From assembly GCA_036172245.1 (NCBI GenBank), contig JAYWIR010000024.1, forward strand, positions 992,001 to 1,056,000: a DNA stretch of 64,000 nucleotides, written 5' to 3'. The DNA is from Raillietiella orientalis. Its lineage: Eukaryota. Under the pieces are notes generated by a model. It was not told the origin of the DNA and did not search any database. It saw only the letters and a list, made by a program, of their open reading frames with translations. Position numbers and translations under genes: made by a program. Below, in pieces: positions 12,701-26,499 of this stretch. Position 1 is the first letter of the stretch. Every line of letters begins with the position of its first letter.

Positions 12701-14947
12701 ATTGACCTGAGATTTGCATAAATACCCACAATGATCTCGAAGTGCTAAGCTAGGGATCCATGGCTTTCCGGAGAGGAAAGCGGACCCGTAACCAAGGCTG
12801 TTGCCTTGGTTACGGGTCCTACGTAATACGTTCCTCGCAGGTGTGGTGACCATTCACAGTGGAGTCGTTTCGGATTCGCCACGCTCTCCAGCCGGAGTTT
12901 CTGGTGCCAAAAGTACACTGCTATGAGCATGCAGCAAGCGTGTATCCACTGAGGGTTCCTTTGGGAGGATGTGGCTAATGAATATGTCCCCGTGCAGAAG
13001 ATGAGTCGTCCTTCCGTGGTCGATGCAGTCTTCGTATCGAATTGCCTTCTTGATTCCTGCCCGATCATAAATAGAGCCTTCATTCTTATTGTGCTCTTTG
13101 TGAGGGTACTTCTCCGACAGGCACCATCCTCTCTGCTGTCAAGGAAAAAGCGACTCTGCTCCGTGCGGATGGTAGGCAACTGTTCTTCTAACTTCTGACA
13201 AAAGGTTCTCGCAATACAGTCTATTGCACAAGAGCGCCGGGTTTGCAGAAAGTGCACCTTTTTTCAGTCGATGGAGGAACAGAGACTTGCAATCAACAGA
13301 AAGAGCATTAGATTGCTTATGAACAAGATGCCTTTTGATGTGCTTCTCGTTGCATGAGTTTGTTTCGAGATGAGGTTGTGCGCGTTTCGATGCGACGAAG
13401 AGAACAGCACTCGCACTTTTCAAAAGCTGTCATTCAGACCTGCTACTTCCGTAAGCGTCTTGAGGACTGAACCAAAACCAGATTTGTACGTATGAGTTTT
13501 TGTGCTTGTCCACTGCCCTCGACTGCATTGTGAGCAGGGAAGAAAAACTCGAAACGAATCAGGGTAAAGAGGACACCACTACTTCCGCCTTCCTCAAGGC
13601 GTTTTCGCTGTAGTCTGTGAAGCAACAGATCCTTTTTCCAGAAACGAAAATCACGTTAACAGGGGTTTCAATCTCCGCGACCAACTTACTCGCCTTCAAT
13701 CCAGGTATCCTGCCTTGAGATTTCCTTGTAATATCTGGAACCTCTTAAAATACATCTTCACTTTGAGTATGTTCATCTCCTTCTTCAAGTCCAAGAACGT
13801 TCTACCCATCAAACGATCCCAACACTCATCCTGATCATTTCTTTGGCAATGACCTACGTGTAACTCGCAATCCATCCTTTGAAATGGAATTTCGTGGTAA
13901 ACATAATGGGAATGATGGAATTTTAGCATATGCTTCGAATACCTACTTAGTCAACTAATATATCAAACAAAAGCGTTGCCCCTGTACCTGCCATACGCGA
14001 AGAGGAGCGGGCAATTCGGTGCAGAAAACCACAACTTTTAAAGTTCAACTTTTTCTTCCTTCGATGAGGTACAGGACCCTTTCTCCGTCAGCCGGCTCAT
14101 GAATTTTGACACAGATCTCGACTTGATCTGAAAGAGCACAAAGCAATGGCACGTGCGAGGGACATTGCTTGTAGCACTACGTAGCACTATCACTCCGCAG
14201 TTGGTATCATCACGAGTTAGATAGCTGTGTTGCTGAACTATGCAAATGCAATTTTTCTATATGGACCACCCTTATTTCTCGAATGTGTAGATTTTATTCA
14301 TGTTTGGGTCGGACGCTACATTCCTTTCGCTGTGTGGCAACAAAATATATGAATTTCTTCTTGAATTCATATTTGGATGATCTTTGCAAAATTACGTATT
14401 CCTATTCGTTAGACGTCTGTTGATTCGACACAAGCTAATTTGTACCGTAAAAGCACAGTTGAAAAATGAAGTTTCCATTTTGAGTGTTGGAAAAGATTGC
14501 AATCTTCACCTATGACTTTTAATATATTACATCGATTAATTGGAAATTCTCCACTTCCATTCAGCATTTCTAGAGTTTAGTCCTGGAAAGGGAATCAGAA
14601 ATTCTTAATGAAGCCCCAAAATGACTAAAGTCAGTGAATCATGGAAGTCAGTGAATCATATATATATGTGGATTGGACTTCTTAGTTTGTATTTGAAACC
14701 TTAGTACAGTGGTCCCATTACAGCTGGACTCAAATACTACAGGTAAGGATTTCAGTTGATTCTTCAAACAACTGAACATAAAATGAAATTCAAAGATGTG
14801 GAAATTGACAAAGTTTTCCACTTGTGAATGCACAGGTCTCAATTCTCTGTTGCAAAGAATTAGAAGATACTGATGCACTGCAGTCCTTACTGCCAAAGTA
14901 AACACTGTAAAAACCTGAATTGATCTGATTTCTTCTTTTTTTTTAAG

Positions 14948-16934
14948 TTAGGAAGAAATGCGCTCCAGAAGGACAACTAGCTCATAGCGAGGGGTATCAG
15001 GAAATAAATCAACGGGTATAAAACAACGGGGAAGAAAAGGATCTCCAGGGTACATCCTTGATGTGGGGCGAGCAAAATCCACAAGTGAACGTAAGGATAA
15101 GCATGGTTCACATGCCAAGTAAATAATACGATGAACACATGTTGCACTGCGCAATGCAGAGATTGTTTTGGCATCTACAAATATACTGCACTATAGAAAT
15201 GCAGCACTGGCACTTACGTAATCCAGGACGAGGAGGGTCACAAACAGCAACAACTGTGCCATCAAATTTCTCTTGTAGAAGCTGCAGTAACAAATCTTCT
15301 GCTTTGCCACAATAAAATTTACAATTCTGCGTTCCATTGATCCTACAATTGGTGTGAGCATCAGACACAGCCTCATGTAGCTGCTCTATGCCCAATACTT
15401 GCTGGACAGTCTTTTCTTGCCTTCAGATATTTGAAACAGAAATGTAATGTCACTGTCACCTTTGATAAGAAAATGCCTATGCACCCAATTCCACAACAAA
15501 TATCAAGTACAGTAGTGCAAGTATCAGCCTGTACCAGATCTCTAACAGTATTATACAAAACTTGTGCAGCTGCAGTATTTACCTTCAAGAGTGTTATGAT
15601 TGCTTGTTTGACAAATAAATTACAAACCTGGAAGAAGGCATCTGGTGAAATGTTGAACATAAGATCACCTAATTGCTCTTGTAATGCAGGAACACCAGTG
15701 AGAAGCTCTGTAGGAGCATGTTCCCCAGACTTTCTGAGATGATAACTAGCCACAGATATCAGAACTGCCACTCACTGAATGCCTTGTAGACGAAAGTACA
15801 AGGAAACTACAGGAACTTGAACTTCCCAATGCAATACAGCATCCTTAATTTGCTGCTTTATTAGAGTTATTTCTTCTTCAGTTAGTTTCTGTGGGTGGAA
15901 AAATAGAATTGCCATAATGTGTCCCAAGTAATTCATCCTTAGTGTGAGTTGTCTCCAGTGGCCCTCATGATTCTCAGGATTGAATGCTGGTAGCTTACTC
16001 CTTTTCAAAATATCTTGAAAGCCTAGCAACACTGCCTTCATGTTTGCAGGTAAGTGGGGTAAATGATAAACTGGGGCAACTCCAATAGAACCCTTCCTGT
16101 AACTGGCTAATCGAAACCCTACAGTCAGTTCTCCATCTTCTGGATTCAATCCTTTATATATTTTAGTGAAAAATCACAGTTGGCAATTTGCTTACCTATG
16201 GTAAACTCGCATTTGTTGCGGTAGCCCTGCAGAATAGGTGATGGAAGAATGGGAAGAACTTTGAAGAAATTGCTGTTTTCTTGTACAACAAGACTACTCA
16301 GTTCACAATTTAGAGAAGAAATTTTTTTTTTCATATCATTCACAAATACAAGTACTTGACTCTCTTTCAATTCCAACTAACAACAGAAATGATAATCAGT
16401 TATGATTCTATTACCTGTTCTTTGTAAGGAACTCCAAATAACAACACTGTTGCTTTTTGTATTTGTTCCAGAACTGACATTCCTGAATCACAGTTGCCAT
16501 CAAAACTTGTAGACTTCAGCCTCAAAAATGGATCAGGTGCTTCTTTGCCTAGCTACTCAAAATAGTGAAAAGATAATAAATGCAAAGACTTTACCTTAAC
16601 TGACAGTTTAGATCCTCGCCATTCATATCCATGGAGAAGATCCAATGCTTTGTCTCTATCTTCAGTGCATTTAAAAGTAACATATAATACTTTCTTGGCT
16701 GGCTTCATCTTATGCACGGATAATTTCAATTTGTTATTAAACAAACGTTTTAGTTGCTACAGAATAACCATTTTCAAGAGACCAACTTCCATTATTTGAG
16801 TACATGCTTACATTGAATCCATAGAACTTTGGTAGATTACGGATTTCCAATTTGAACTTTTCGGAAGTAAATTCTGAATGTCTTGTGCTGTTAAATGCAG
16901 GTGATTCCACCTCTACCTGCTCGTCACTCATCAT
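14948..16934 (-). CDS. TRMT2A: tRNA (uracil-5-)-methyltransferase homolog A, multi-exon
   Basis: Exonic peptides FTSEKFKLEIRNLPKF, RRM segment YVTFKCTEDRDKALDLLHGYEWRG, GYRNKCEFTIG, GHWRQLTLR, ISPDAFFQ|VNT, LDICCGIGCIG, DPPRPGL, IYLACEP (catalytic Cys) and PVDLFPDTPRYE; short GT-AG introns. Start codon approximate. Confidence 0.95.
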
Positions 16935-19328
16935 CAAAAGCTCATTCCCTATCCAACTCCAGTCCTCAATTTATACTATGCTTTCATGCGTGAGCTATAG
17001 AAATTCAAACTCAGTTTTACTTACAGAGAACTCATGATTCTCTTAAGGAGAATTCATTAAACGTGCACTTAATCATTACGATACATTTTAAGTTATGTGA
17101 GATAACAGGCTCTTCAATGGATCATTGTTTTTCATTGGAAAACAACTATTTCCTATATATTATAGCTACAATTAGGCAATGAATACTTCACGAAATATAT
17201 ATATTTAAAGTATTTACACAGACTCGCTGATGTAAGGGCAAGTAACACTGCAGTTATTGTTTCCTGTAAAATTTAATTTCATTTTTCCTTATTTATGGGA
17301 TTGCTCTATTTAGGATACCACAAGGAATGACACAAAACTTGGGACTAGTTTGTGTTACTTTCACGACTAATATAAATGGATTAATGTACTTATGAAAACT
17401 GCATTTCCGGACTTTGACACGATTACACGTAATTCTACCTTTATTCAGCCGAAAATGCCACAAACACGTGACAGCAAAACATACAAACCGCAAAAAAGTA
17501 AACACACGGAAATGGGAGTTTCCCAAGTGCGCTTTTTTGATCACAAAACTTTTTCTTGCTCATCGAGCAAGAACAGTTGTATGTTGATTTTTAAACGAAA
17601 TCAGTTTGTACAGAACTCCATACGATATTTTTTTTTGCAAGTAATGTTTACTTTTCTGTACTCTACATAGGTGGGCATGAAAGGACTTTCTCCACCCCTT
17701 ATTCATCTTCTGTTCTATCTTGTTGAAGTCTCCTTCGATTTCTCCCTTTCTAAGGAAAAAATATTCTTTCTAGTGATCGATTAACGCATAAGAGATGGAA
17801 AGCACCAATTTGCAAGACAAATTGGTTCTTCCCAGCATAAGATTGTCGATTTTTAAGATGTACTTACTTTAATTACATGAATTGCTAAAGGTACATTTTT
17901 AGTTGACCTACTACTACTACAGTCCTCTTAGAATATAAAAAAAAAATGTGTGCAAATACTCAAAAGCAAACACTTATATGCACCTTTTTAAATAGGAATT
18001 TCAAATTTATGTTAGCTTCAAAACTATTGAGCATCTCTTACTGTACTTTTTAAGAACAGGAAAAGATGCTATGTAGTTTTTAAGAACTACGATTATTTTC
18101 TTTTAAGCATTTGGGTCCTTTAGGAAAATGTCTTTCAGTTTGTTCTTCAACGCCTTCCAAAAGAGAAACGATGCCATTTTAAAGTTGTATTATGGTCGAA
18201 GTAATATTACTAAGTAAACGCAATGTCAAGCCCACAGATATCACGAATTCAATCCAGAGAATACCGAGATAAACAGAAATCCTTAATATGAGCATGCTAC
18301 ATGTGCAGCCAAGGTTCCAAATACAAGTGTATTTAAACTTGTATTTGCATCTGCCTATGCTTAAATACAACGGAACACACATCACGAATCTTTGGATTGT
18401 TCTGCTTGGTTCCCCTTAGTTATGATGATTCTAGAGCTAAAACGCTGAACATAACTAGCATCACTGGATGCCTAATAAAACTTTCTGTTTGATTGAATTC
18501 ATTAAAGCAACGATCCTACGCCCATGGTAACGCACCATCTCTCGAAAGAAAATTCATAAACGTTCGAATCAAAAATACAACTACGGTTGCCAGTATTGTT
18601 TAGCTTGATTTTTGAAATTGTGAGACGCCATGCGAGTAGAGGAAAAGCTCCATTTCTACCGATACCTCCAACGTGGAAATCTTAAACTCTCTCAAAGTAG
18701 TGTGCAGTGCAATTAAATAGACCAAAGTTTTAGTACTGGGTTCTTTGAGGGAGTCACTTCAACAGTCCATTTTGATTTGATTTTGAAAAAGGAAACTTCT
18801 CAGAACCTTGCATTAAATTGATTATACAAGCATTAATTTCAAAGAGTAAAATGAAAACAAAACGGACGGAAAAGTAAATTAAAAACAAAGACTCGATGCA
18901 AAGATATTTGGAATTGCATGCAATTGCTTAGTAAAATATACTTTGCAGATCGTACAGTAGTGCTAAAATAAGCTTTATTATTATGTAGTTGGTTTTGAAG
19001 TAAAATCTTATTTTAATCCTTCGATTTCAAGAAAATTAATACCATTTAGAAGATTAAAATTATTTTACTTTTGCCTAGTTACGTTTCGATAATTTCACAT
19101 TTCAATGAAGACTACTTCGAAGGTTCTAATGATAAAAAAGCCTAATTATTGCATTCGATCATTTGAAATATTTGAAACTCAAATTGTCTTTTGATAAAAT
19201 ATGAAACATATGCCGAAATTAAAAGTGTTTCCACTGAAATATTAGATAGGTTTAGTAAGATTTCCTTTTATGAAAGGTTGCTATACAAAGGATACTTATA
19301 AATAGGTATATTGAATGGATATAAATAG

Positions 19329-19374
19329 TACCACTCATCCTGAATATTACTATTTATATTCAGGATGAGTGGTA
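19329..19374. repeat. Perfect 19-bp inverted repeat (hairpin, 8-nt loop)
   Basis: TACCACTCATCCTGAATAT ... ATATTCAGGATGAGTGGTA. Confidence 0.9.
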
Positions 19375-20399
19375 AAGGTAATAATATTTACTGTCAGAAT
19401 GGTGTTAAGGCGAATTGAGGGGTTTGGATAGCAAAATTAATAGCTCAGTAAGAGGAAGAGGTATAAGCCATGAAGAAATTAGGTCACATTATGTTTTTCT
19501 CCAGTCACATTTTGTCTAGTATTCAATGTATATATGAACAAATAATCATATTATGTAACAAGAAATTGAAAAGAAGATGGTTCAAACAAGATTTTCTATT
19601 AATCTGGAGTATCCGGAGTACTAAGTATTATAATGCAAGTTTGGAGTTTGTTAATCTAATGTTACAAGAGTACAATAGATTCGTTGATTTTAATTTTAGT
19701 TCTAGTTTGAAAAATCAACCAAGTAGGCTGATGCTTGTATGGATTGAATTTAGATATGCATAGAATGTGTAGCGAAATCCTTTAGGTGCGTAAAAATAAA
19801 TGGGAGGGATTTGTTTGAGCAAGTCGTCTTGCCAATTACTCCGAGGAAAGGCATTTTAATGAAAAGAAAACAACAAACAAACGGACAAATGATGAAATTT
19901 TAAAAATTATTTTTGAAAATCATCTGCTTTTCTTCCAGAGTGTAGTCTCTTTTTTTGTTCCTGGAACAAATATTTAAATGAAAAACACAATGAAAACTTA
20001 AGAGCTGAGTTAATGTGAAATTCAATCTCTTCTATATTTGTATTTACAAACACAAATCTTGATGGCAATCAGAATTTTCCTTTGTCCGACAAGCTGTTGG
20101 GTGATTTTGTTCGACATAACAGGTTATACAGGTACAGTACAATAAGAACATTCAATGAAATACTTTTGCACGATCCCAGATTACCACCATTCGTATCACC
20201 TCACAGTGCACCCAAGGTCAATTTTCTTTCAAGAAAGAAAAAAAACGAGATTTGCACCAGGGATACAAGAGTGCCCTCATATCTGGACATTTCCAGCTAT
20301 CTTTTTCGAAATGTACCTGTATGTCCAGGCCAGGACTCTTCGGCAGCTTCTGATTCCAATCTCTTCTTTAAGCAATCCCGTTACAATGTCCACTGCTAG

Positions 20400-23300
20400 G
20401 GCTTCACTTGTGGTTTTCCTTTGTTTGGCTCTTCTTACCACGATGCTCGTGATGAAGAGAGCGATGGTGGTTCCGAACATTGGATTGTGTAGGGGAAAGT
20501 TTCCTTGCCTTCAAGCAATCCGGACGAAATTTCTAGTTTCGTCTTGTTTGCTGGCCTGTAATAGCCTTGAGAGCTTTCCAGCTTCGATGCAGCGTTCGGC
20601 AGATGAGGACGTAGAGTTGCGTTTCCCTGTATCCACATGCCATGCAGATCTCTTGCCGTTTCCTCGTGTTTTGTCCTGGAGCCACTCAGGATGACGCCCT
20701 GGTAAAGCATAAGGAAGTCATCCTGGATGTCCGGTGGTAAGTCTTTCCTTGAAAAGGTTGCTCCAGCCGCCCTCAGCTCCACCTTGCGAATTCCGTAGCA
20801 GTTGGCAACCATAGAGAAAGCACTGTCGTCCTGTGCATTGGGGATTCTGTTGCGATTGGCTTTGGTCATCCGCATCCATGCATTAGATGCAAGGTTCTTC
20901 CAAAGTTTGCGTGTTTTGTGGGTGAATTCTCCTTCCATATCTTGAGTGCATCTGATGACGGTTGCCACTGGTAGGTAACTCACTGTTCCTGTCCCGAATT
21001 TTCAATCCGGGCCTTTGGTGTATCCATACGTGTCTTCCGGGAAACCAGGAGAAAACACGAAATCACCAAGGCCAGTTCTTCTTCCCATGTTTCTTTACTC
21101 ATAGGCGCCATCTTGAATTGGTGAACTCTCACCACTGCGTATTTTCTTTTCCAAGTGAGATCGATATTCATCCACTTTCCTGTATGGTTTATGAGCTCCG
21201 TCATCAAGTCACTCGAGTGATTCAGTAGCTTCGAGTAGGTGCGATGAGCCGCAAACGGCCACTTGTTCCAATCGTTGGTGAGATGCAGGAGTTGTCACGT
21301 ATCCCGTGTTTCCATGAAGTGTTTCAGCAACTTCATCCTGGTCCCAGATTTTTCTCTCTAGTAGCAGCTAACCCACGCTTTCAATTCTTTCCATAGTAGC
21401 TTCCTCTGCAGCTGCTCTACTGCCATATCGGTCTTCTTGTCCAGTTGCCTGAAAGCTGCTCCCTAGAGCACCTTGAGAAGCACGTTGTTCCACAATTTGG
21501 TCCTCTGTTTCATGATGAAGTCGACCTGAGTGTACTTTGCTGCATCCTCTCGATCTTTCCTAGGGTTTCCTTCCACAAAGTCTGCGACGCTAACGCATCG
21601 CTGATGTGGATATCTAAGTATTTAATCTCATCCATCACTCGTAATACCTTCTCGGTTAATGTGGAGAGGTTCGGGATTCCGATAAGCATCAGTTGCAATT
21701 TCTGGGCATTGATCTGGGCAGTCGGGCCCCAGCCCTTTCTCCATCTACTGAACGACATCTAGAAACGCATGTTGATCCCACTCATCCTTCAGGACGAAGA
21801 ACAGATCGTCAGCATAAGTCCGGTGAGTTTGTCGTCGTCTACTTGGATTCCTCGGAGATGGTTGCTTATGTAGATCAGCAATGACACAGTCTCCACGTAG
21901 AGGAGGAAGAGCATCGGACAGTGCAACTGAGGTGGAGGACACCTTCTCCGTCGAGATCATGTTTCGCATTCGTTAATGTGGAATCCAAAAGTAGCTTCGC
22001 TTAAGGACATTCTACGTATTCGATAAAGTAATGCGAAAAGCCCATCTTCTTCCAAGACTCTCAACAGCATTCCGTGGTTTACTGTCTCGAATTCCTTCTC
22101 CATATCCATGAAGGCGAACAGAATCCGCGAAGCACCAGGTTGCCGCCGACGTACCGACTGCAGTCGATGGTAGTTTAAGCCGATCAGGCAGGACTCATGT
22201 CAGCATGAGACAAACAATGGATGACCTTATTCTAGCGATTGTCCCAAATCCTCACTAGCCGCTTGGAGTCCGAGTTAAAAGAGCAGATGAGTCTTCACTG
22301 GGCGACCTTCATCAGGCCCCTCTCGTGGGCAGCAATCTCATCCTACTCTCATGGAACGAAACTGGGAGTCTCTGCTCTACTTGGATGCATAGCAAGAGTT
22401 CGTGGAACAGACACAGGTAGGCGTAAAGATATCTCTGGTAGTGGTAAATGGGCACACTATGGGAGCCTGCTGCTACGTCTTTGTGCAGTTCCGCGAACCC
22501 GCTCTTTGCTTCCTCCATGGAGATACCCTCATTCAGGCATTCTTGCTGTTCTCGTGTAAGTCTTCGCTGCAGGTGTCACAGGATGTATATATTTGATAAA
22601 CTTCCTGCTGCTCCAACGGGATCTTGATGTCAAAAGTGAGAAATGCAGTGCTTTTGGCAAGCGTCCATTTCTGACGTATGACGTACTTGGCTCTCAAACT
22701 GGATGCAGAAGATGTCTGTGGAGATGTTCTTGTCCATCACACTGACTTCCCCTTTCTCCTTTTGAGGAACAGTTACAGGATCTCGTACTGGTCCCAGTAC
22801 TCCGAAAAGGAGTGGTCGTGGATGTTTAGCTCCCGGTACGCTTCCTTACGTAACTTCCTACCTCCGTACTGCACATTGTAGACCACGTGAATAGGTGCTT
22901 CAGCCTGTCCCAGTCATCGACGCAGAGTATGGTGGTGTCACGCAATATTGTCCCGATGAGCTCCTGGTGGCAGGGAAGCATCTCGAACCAGGAGGGCATG
23001 CACATGAGCGTCGCCCTCGTGCCTATTCATCCGAGAGCTCACAGTCTTCAGAGTGAACCGCATCAGGGGATGGTCTGGGGGCAGGGAAATCGAGAACCGC
23101 ATCCAGAGATTCCGCGACATCCCTGGATCCTGGGTTTTCCATTTCCTTTCTGTGAAGGATGTGGCACGCTGTTAGCCGCAGGAGTTCGAGTTCGAATTCC
23201 TCTGACAGCTGCCGATATGCTGTCCTTCCTCGGGCATCTTTGGACTGGATGATGTTGTCTAACGCGCTAGGGCCGCCACGACGATTACAGTGTCCATCGG

Positions 23301-25150
23301 CGCGGTCTTGCTGAGCAGAAGGGTCAGCACCTCCCCCGTACGCCGGTGCTTTCCATGGTGGTGCGATCCGTAGACGTTCACCAGGGAGGGGTGGAGGTTT
23401 CCGGACCAGGACATACGAACTCCGCCGATGCGGCTGGACCACGAAGGAAACGTCTCCAGGGTGGTGTGTGCCCTATCTCGTTCTCCACGAGGATAGCCAA
23501 CCCCTTCGTCTTCCCGACCGCGCTCGTGAACAATTGGACCTCCAGGCGTCGCTTGAGTTCGAGGCAGCTCTGGTGGTTCGTCTCGTGGGCTGCCTGCAGA
23601 CACGATGGTATGTCTCTCGATGGTGCTCCAGATGCTTCTTCTCCTCTCCTGGTTCCACATTCCGTCGATGTTCCAGGCGGCGATCTTCAGGCTGCTGGAG
23701 AACGGCAGGAAGAAGGCCATCGGAAATTAGGTGGGAGATCTGCCTTTCTTTTTCTTCTTCTGCTTGGGGGACGCTGCTTGTCTCCTCTCCGCGGAACGAA
23801 ACTCCCCCACATCGCTTTCCGACTCCACGTAGTCGGCGCTGCCTTCCGTGAAGTTCTCCTTCTCTTGGATCAGTCGAGCAGCTTGCTTTTCCTTGCCGGA
23901 GGCAAGTCTGCTTGGCCAACTCGACGAATTTGACCTTCAACAAATTCAGGAGTCTCTCCAGCTGCAACCAGTAGTCTTTATTGATTACGTTCTTCATGAT
24001 GGTGCCCTGGACTTCGGGGATGTGGAGCAGGATCTGCCACTCTTCTTCCGTATTGTCCAGATGGACATCTTCGAGTATGACACTTACTGAGCATACTCCG
24101 CCACCTATTGCTCCTCCTCGGTCACGCCACTGTCCACTGGCGCTTTTGAAAGAGGAGAACGCTTTTCGAATGCTGACTTTGGTTCTTTTTCTTATCACTT
24201 CGGCGAAACCGTTACGGCATCTCCACCTTTTGCTGCTGTTCTTTCTCTTGTACCTCGGGGAGCAGAAGATTCTGGGGTGAGTCACGCCGAGTCGCTCTTG
24301 ATGTGGTGTGAGAGTTTGCAGTAGTCGCACCGCGTCAGCCGCGTATACTTTCAGATGAAATGACTTTGCTGGACGCACTTGAAACGCCTCACCTGCAGGA
24401 ATGTACCAATTCGATGGCCAAACTGTTTGCAGCCCGTGCAGAACTTTGCTTGCATCCAGTACCGCGAACAGTCTGTGCTGGGAATGGGCGCCGATTCCCG
24501 GGATGCTGGCTCCTTTGAATAGCTTGATGCGTGCCATGGCTTCGCTAGTGAAGATGCCACCCATATAGTTTCGGAACACAACATTTTGCACTTCTCCATA
24601 TTGGGAGAATTCAAAGACGTCTTCTAGACCCGAACCTTGAAGCATCAACTACCTGACAGATAAACGGCGGTGGAGGAGAGTTTTCTCATTCCATGCAGTA
24701 ATCTCGCGTTCTTTACGATGCCGTGCTCAATGAGCTCATCGTGTAGCGCTTAGACGGTGGTGAAGCCGATAGCGCAAGGAACGATGGCCTTGATCTTATC
24801 GAAGTGGACGTTTGGGACGTACAAAGCGACGTAAATGTGGCCCAAGTTCGCGACCCTCAGGGTTCTCATGGACCTCGGGTCTATTTCCCATAATGGCTTC
24901 GTGATTCGTTTGATTCTGAATATAATGGAATCTCCTCGCTGTTGTTGCTGCGACGTCGAGAGTTTGCTGCTACGCTGCGACCGCCGCATAGGACACGGCA
25001 ACGTCTCTGCCAACGCGGGTGCGTCACCTCTTCGGAGGTAAACGACTGGCATTTCTCCACAAGCGTGTCAGTAACCATGGACAGTCGAGTCTCTCGGAGG
25101 GGCACAATCACCTCAAAGTCTGTCTTCAATACAATTACGGAGTCCATGTT
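20400..25150 (-). mobile_element. Degenerate near full-length non-LTR retrotransposon (L1/Tx1-like: ORF1 + APE endonuclease + RT)
   Basis: ORF1-like FSQYGEVQNVVF..GGIFTSEAMARIKL with decayed Zn-knuckles (FCTGCKQFGH). APE motifs LKIAAWNIDGM, LVNVYG, PPDHP. RT motifs MDMEKEFETVNH, TYADDL (~21800-21820), IKYLDIHI. Multiple frameshifts; ends approximate. Confidence 0.85.
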
Positions 25151-26499
25151 CGTACAATGGAGTGGGTTGGGAGGGGCACCGTAAAGGTTTCACTGATTGC
25201 TTTTCAAGAAACCGTCTGTTTTTACTGCTGATCGAAGGAGCCTGCGCAGTTTCCCAACCTGAAAAATTATGCTTTCAAGTAACCCACGTTTAGGTTTATT
25301 GGAGAGGTCAATCCAGTCGGGTGCAATGATCGAGCGTCACTCAGAAAGTATTTCCATCGTGACCAAAATCGCCTCGAAGCCAAGTTTATAGCAATGAGAA
25401 ACAGCTGAAGTTGAATACATAGAGCATTATAACAGATGAGAAAACCTCGCCCTAAGTAATGAATTCAATTGTTGAATGAAACAATAGTGATTTGGTTGTT
25501 TCATGAGACAATGTGAAGTATCGGAGGATTTCCCTTCCACACTAATTTTCAGCTATTGCGTCTGCTTAATCTCCCAATCTTAATCTCATGTTTGATAAGT
25601 TAACTCATTACAACAGCTGGTGGTCTTTGAAAACTCCTTCCGAATGCATATGATTTTCTATTCTACGCATTTTATATAAAAACTACAAAATCATAAGCTT
25701 CTATATCTGAAAGTCTCCATGGGTAAGGGTAATGTGACCGATGCGATACCTGCAAATCCAGATAACTCCCAATAAAGCTACAGCACCTATTCTGCTATTC
25801 TGTACATACTTGAGACTTCTTTGAACCAATGCATAAATACTAAATGCAATTTTCATTGTAAATGAACGCCTATTGCTTTTACGATTCAACTAAAATAGTA
25901 ACTGGAATGTTTATACAATGTAAGAATGAATTTCTAAGGTTCACTTTTCCTAGTTATTCTTACTATTTTGATTGAGGTTGACTAGAAAGCGAGCGATTTC
26001 CCAGCTACGGAGGTCTCAAGGATATACTCAAAATTTTGGAAAATGGAACTGTTTTATCAGAGCACTTTTGTGCCCGTGTTCACTATGCTCAGAATACCAA
26101 TCCACATTTGTTGTAAGAACTTAATCTCTAAACCATTTTGATGAAATTTTGTCAAAATCTATTTTAAAATTACTCGGAAAGAATTAGTGAAAATTTATTT
26201 TTAAAAGCTTATTTGAAGTTCTCCAAAGTACTTGAGCCAAGTGTATTGCAGGTCTCAACGCAAGTAACTGTAAGAACTGGGCATTTGATATTAATAGCAT
26301 TATTTTTCTAATATGAGATGAAACCAGCATCTCATTAATATAACGATCACATCAGATGCAAGGCAATTATATGCTGTTATTCATTTATTAAGGAGGAAAT
26401 GAAACAGAAAAAGGTGTTCCATCCAAAGTTCTGTTCAAAGGAAAGTTATTTCATGATCCTTGAAATTGTAGCCATAGCTTTTGTTACTGATGGTTGCAA

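Noticed and set aside
14628..14659. Short tandem duplication AAGTCAGTGAATCAT x2
   Set aside because: Two copies only; ordinary slippage, not an array
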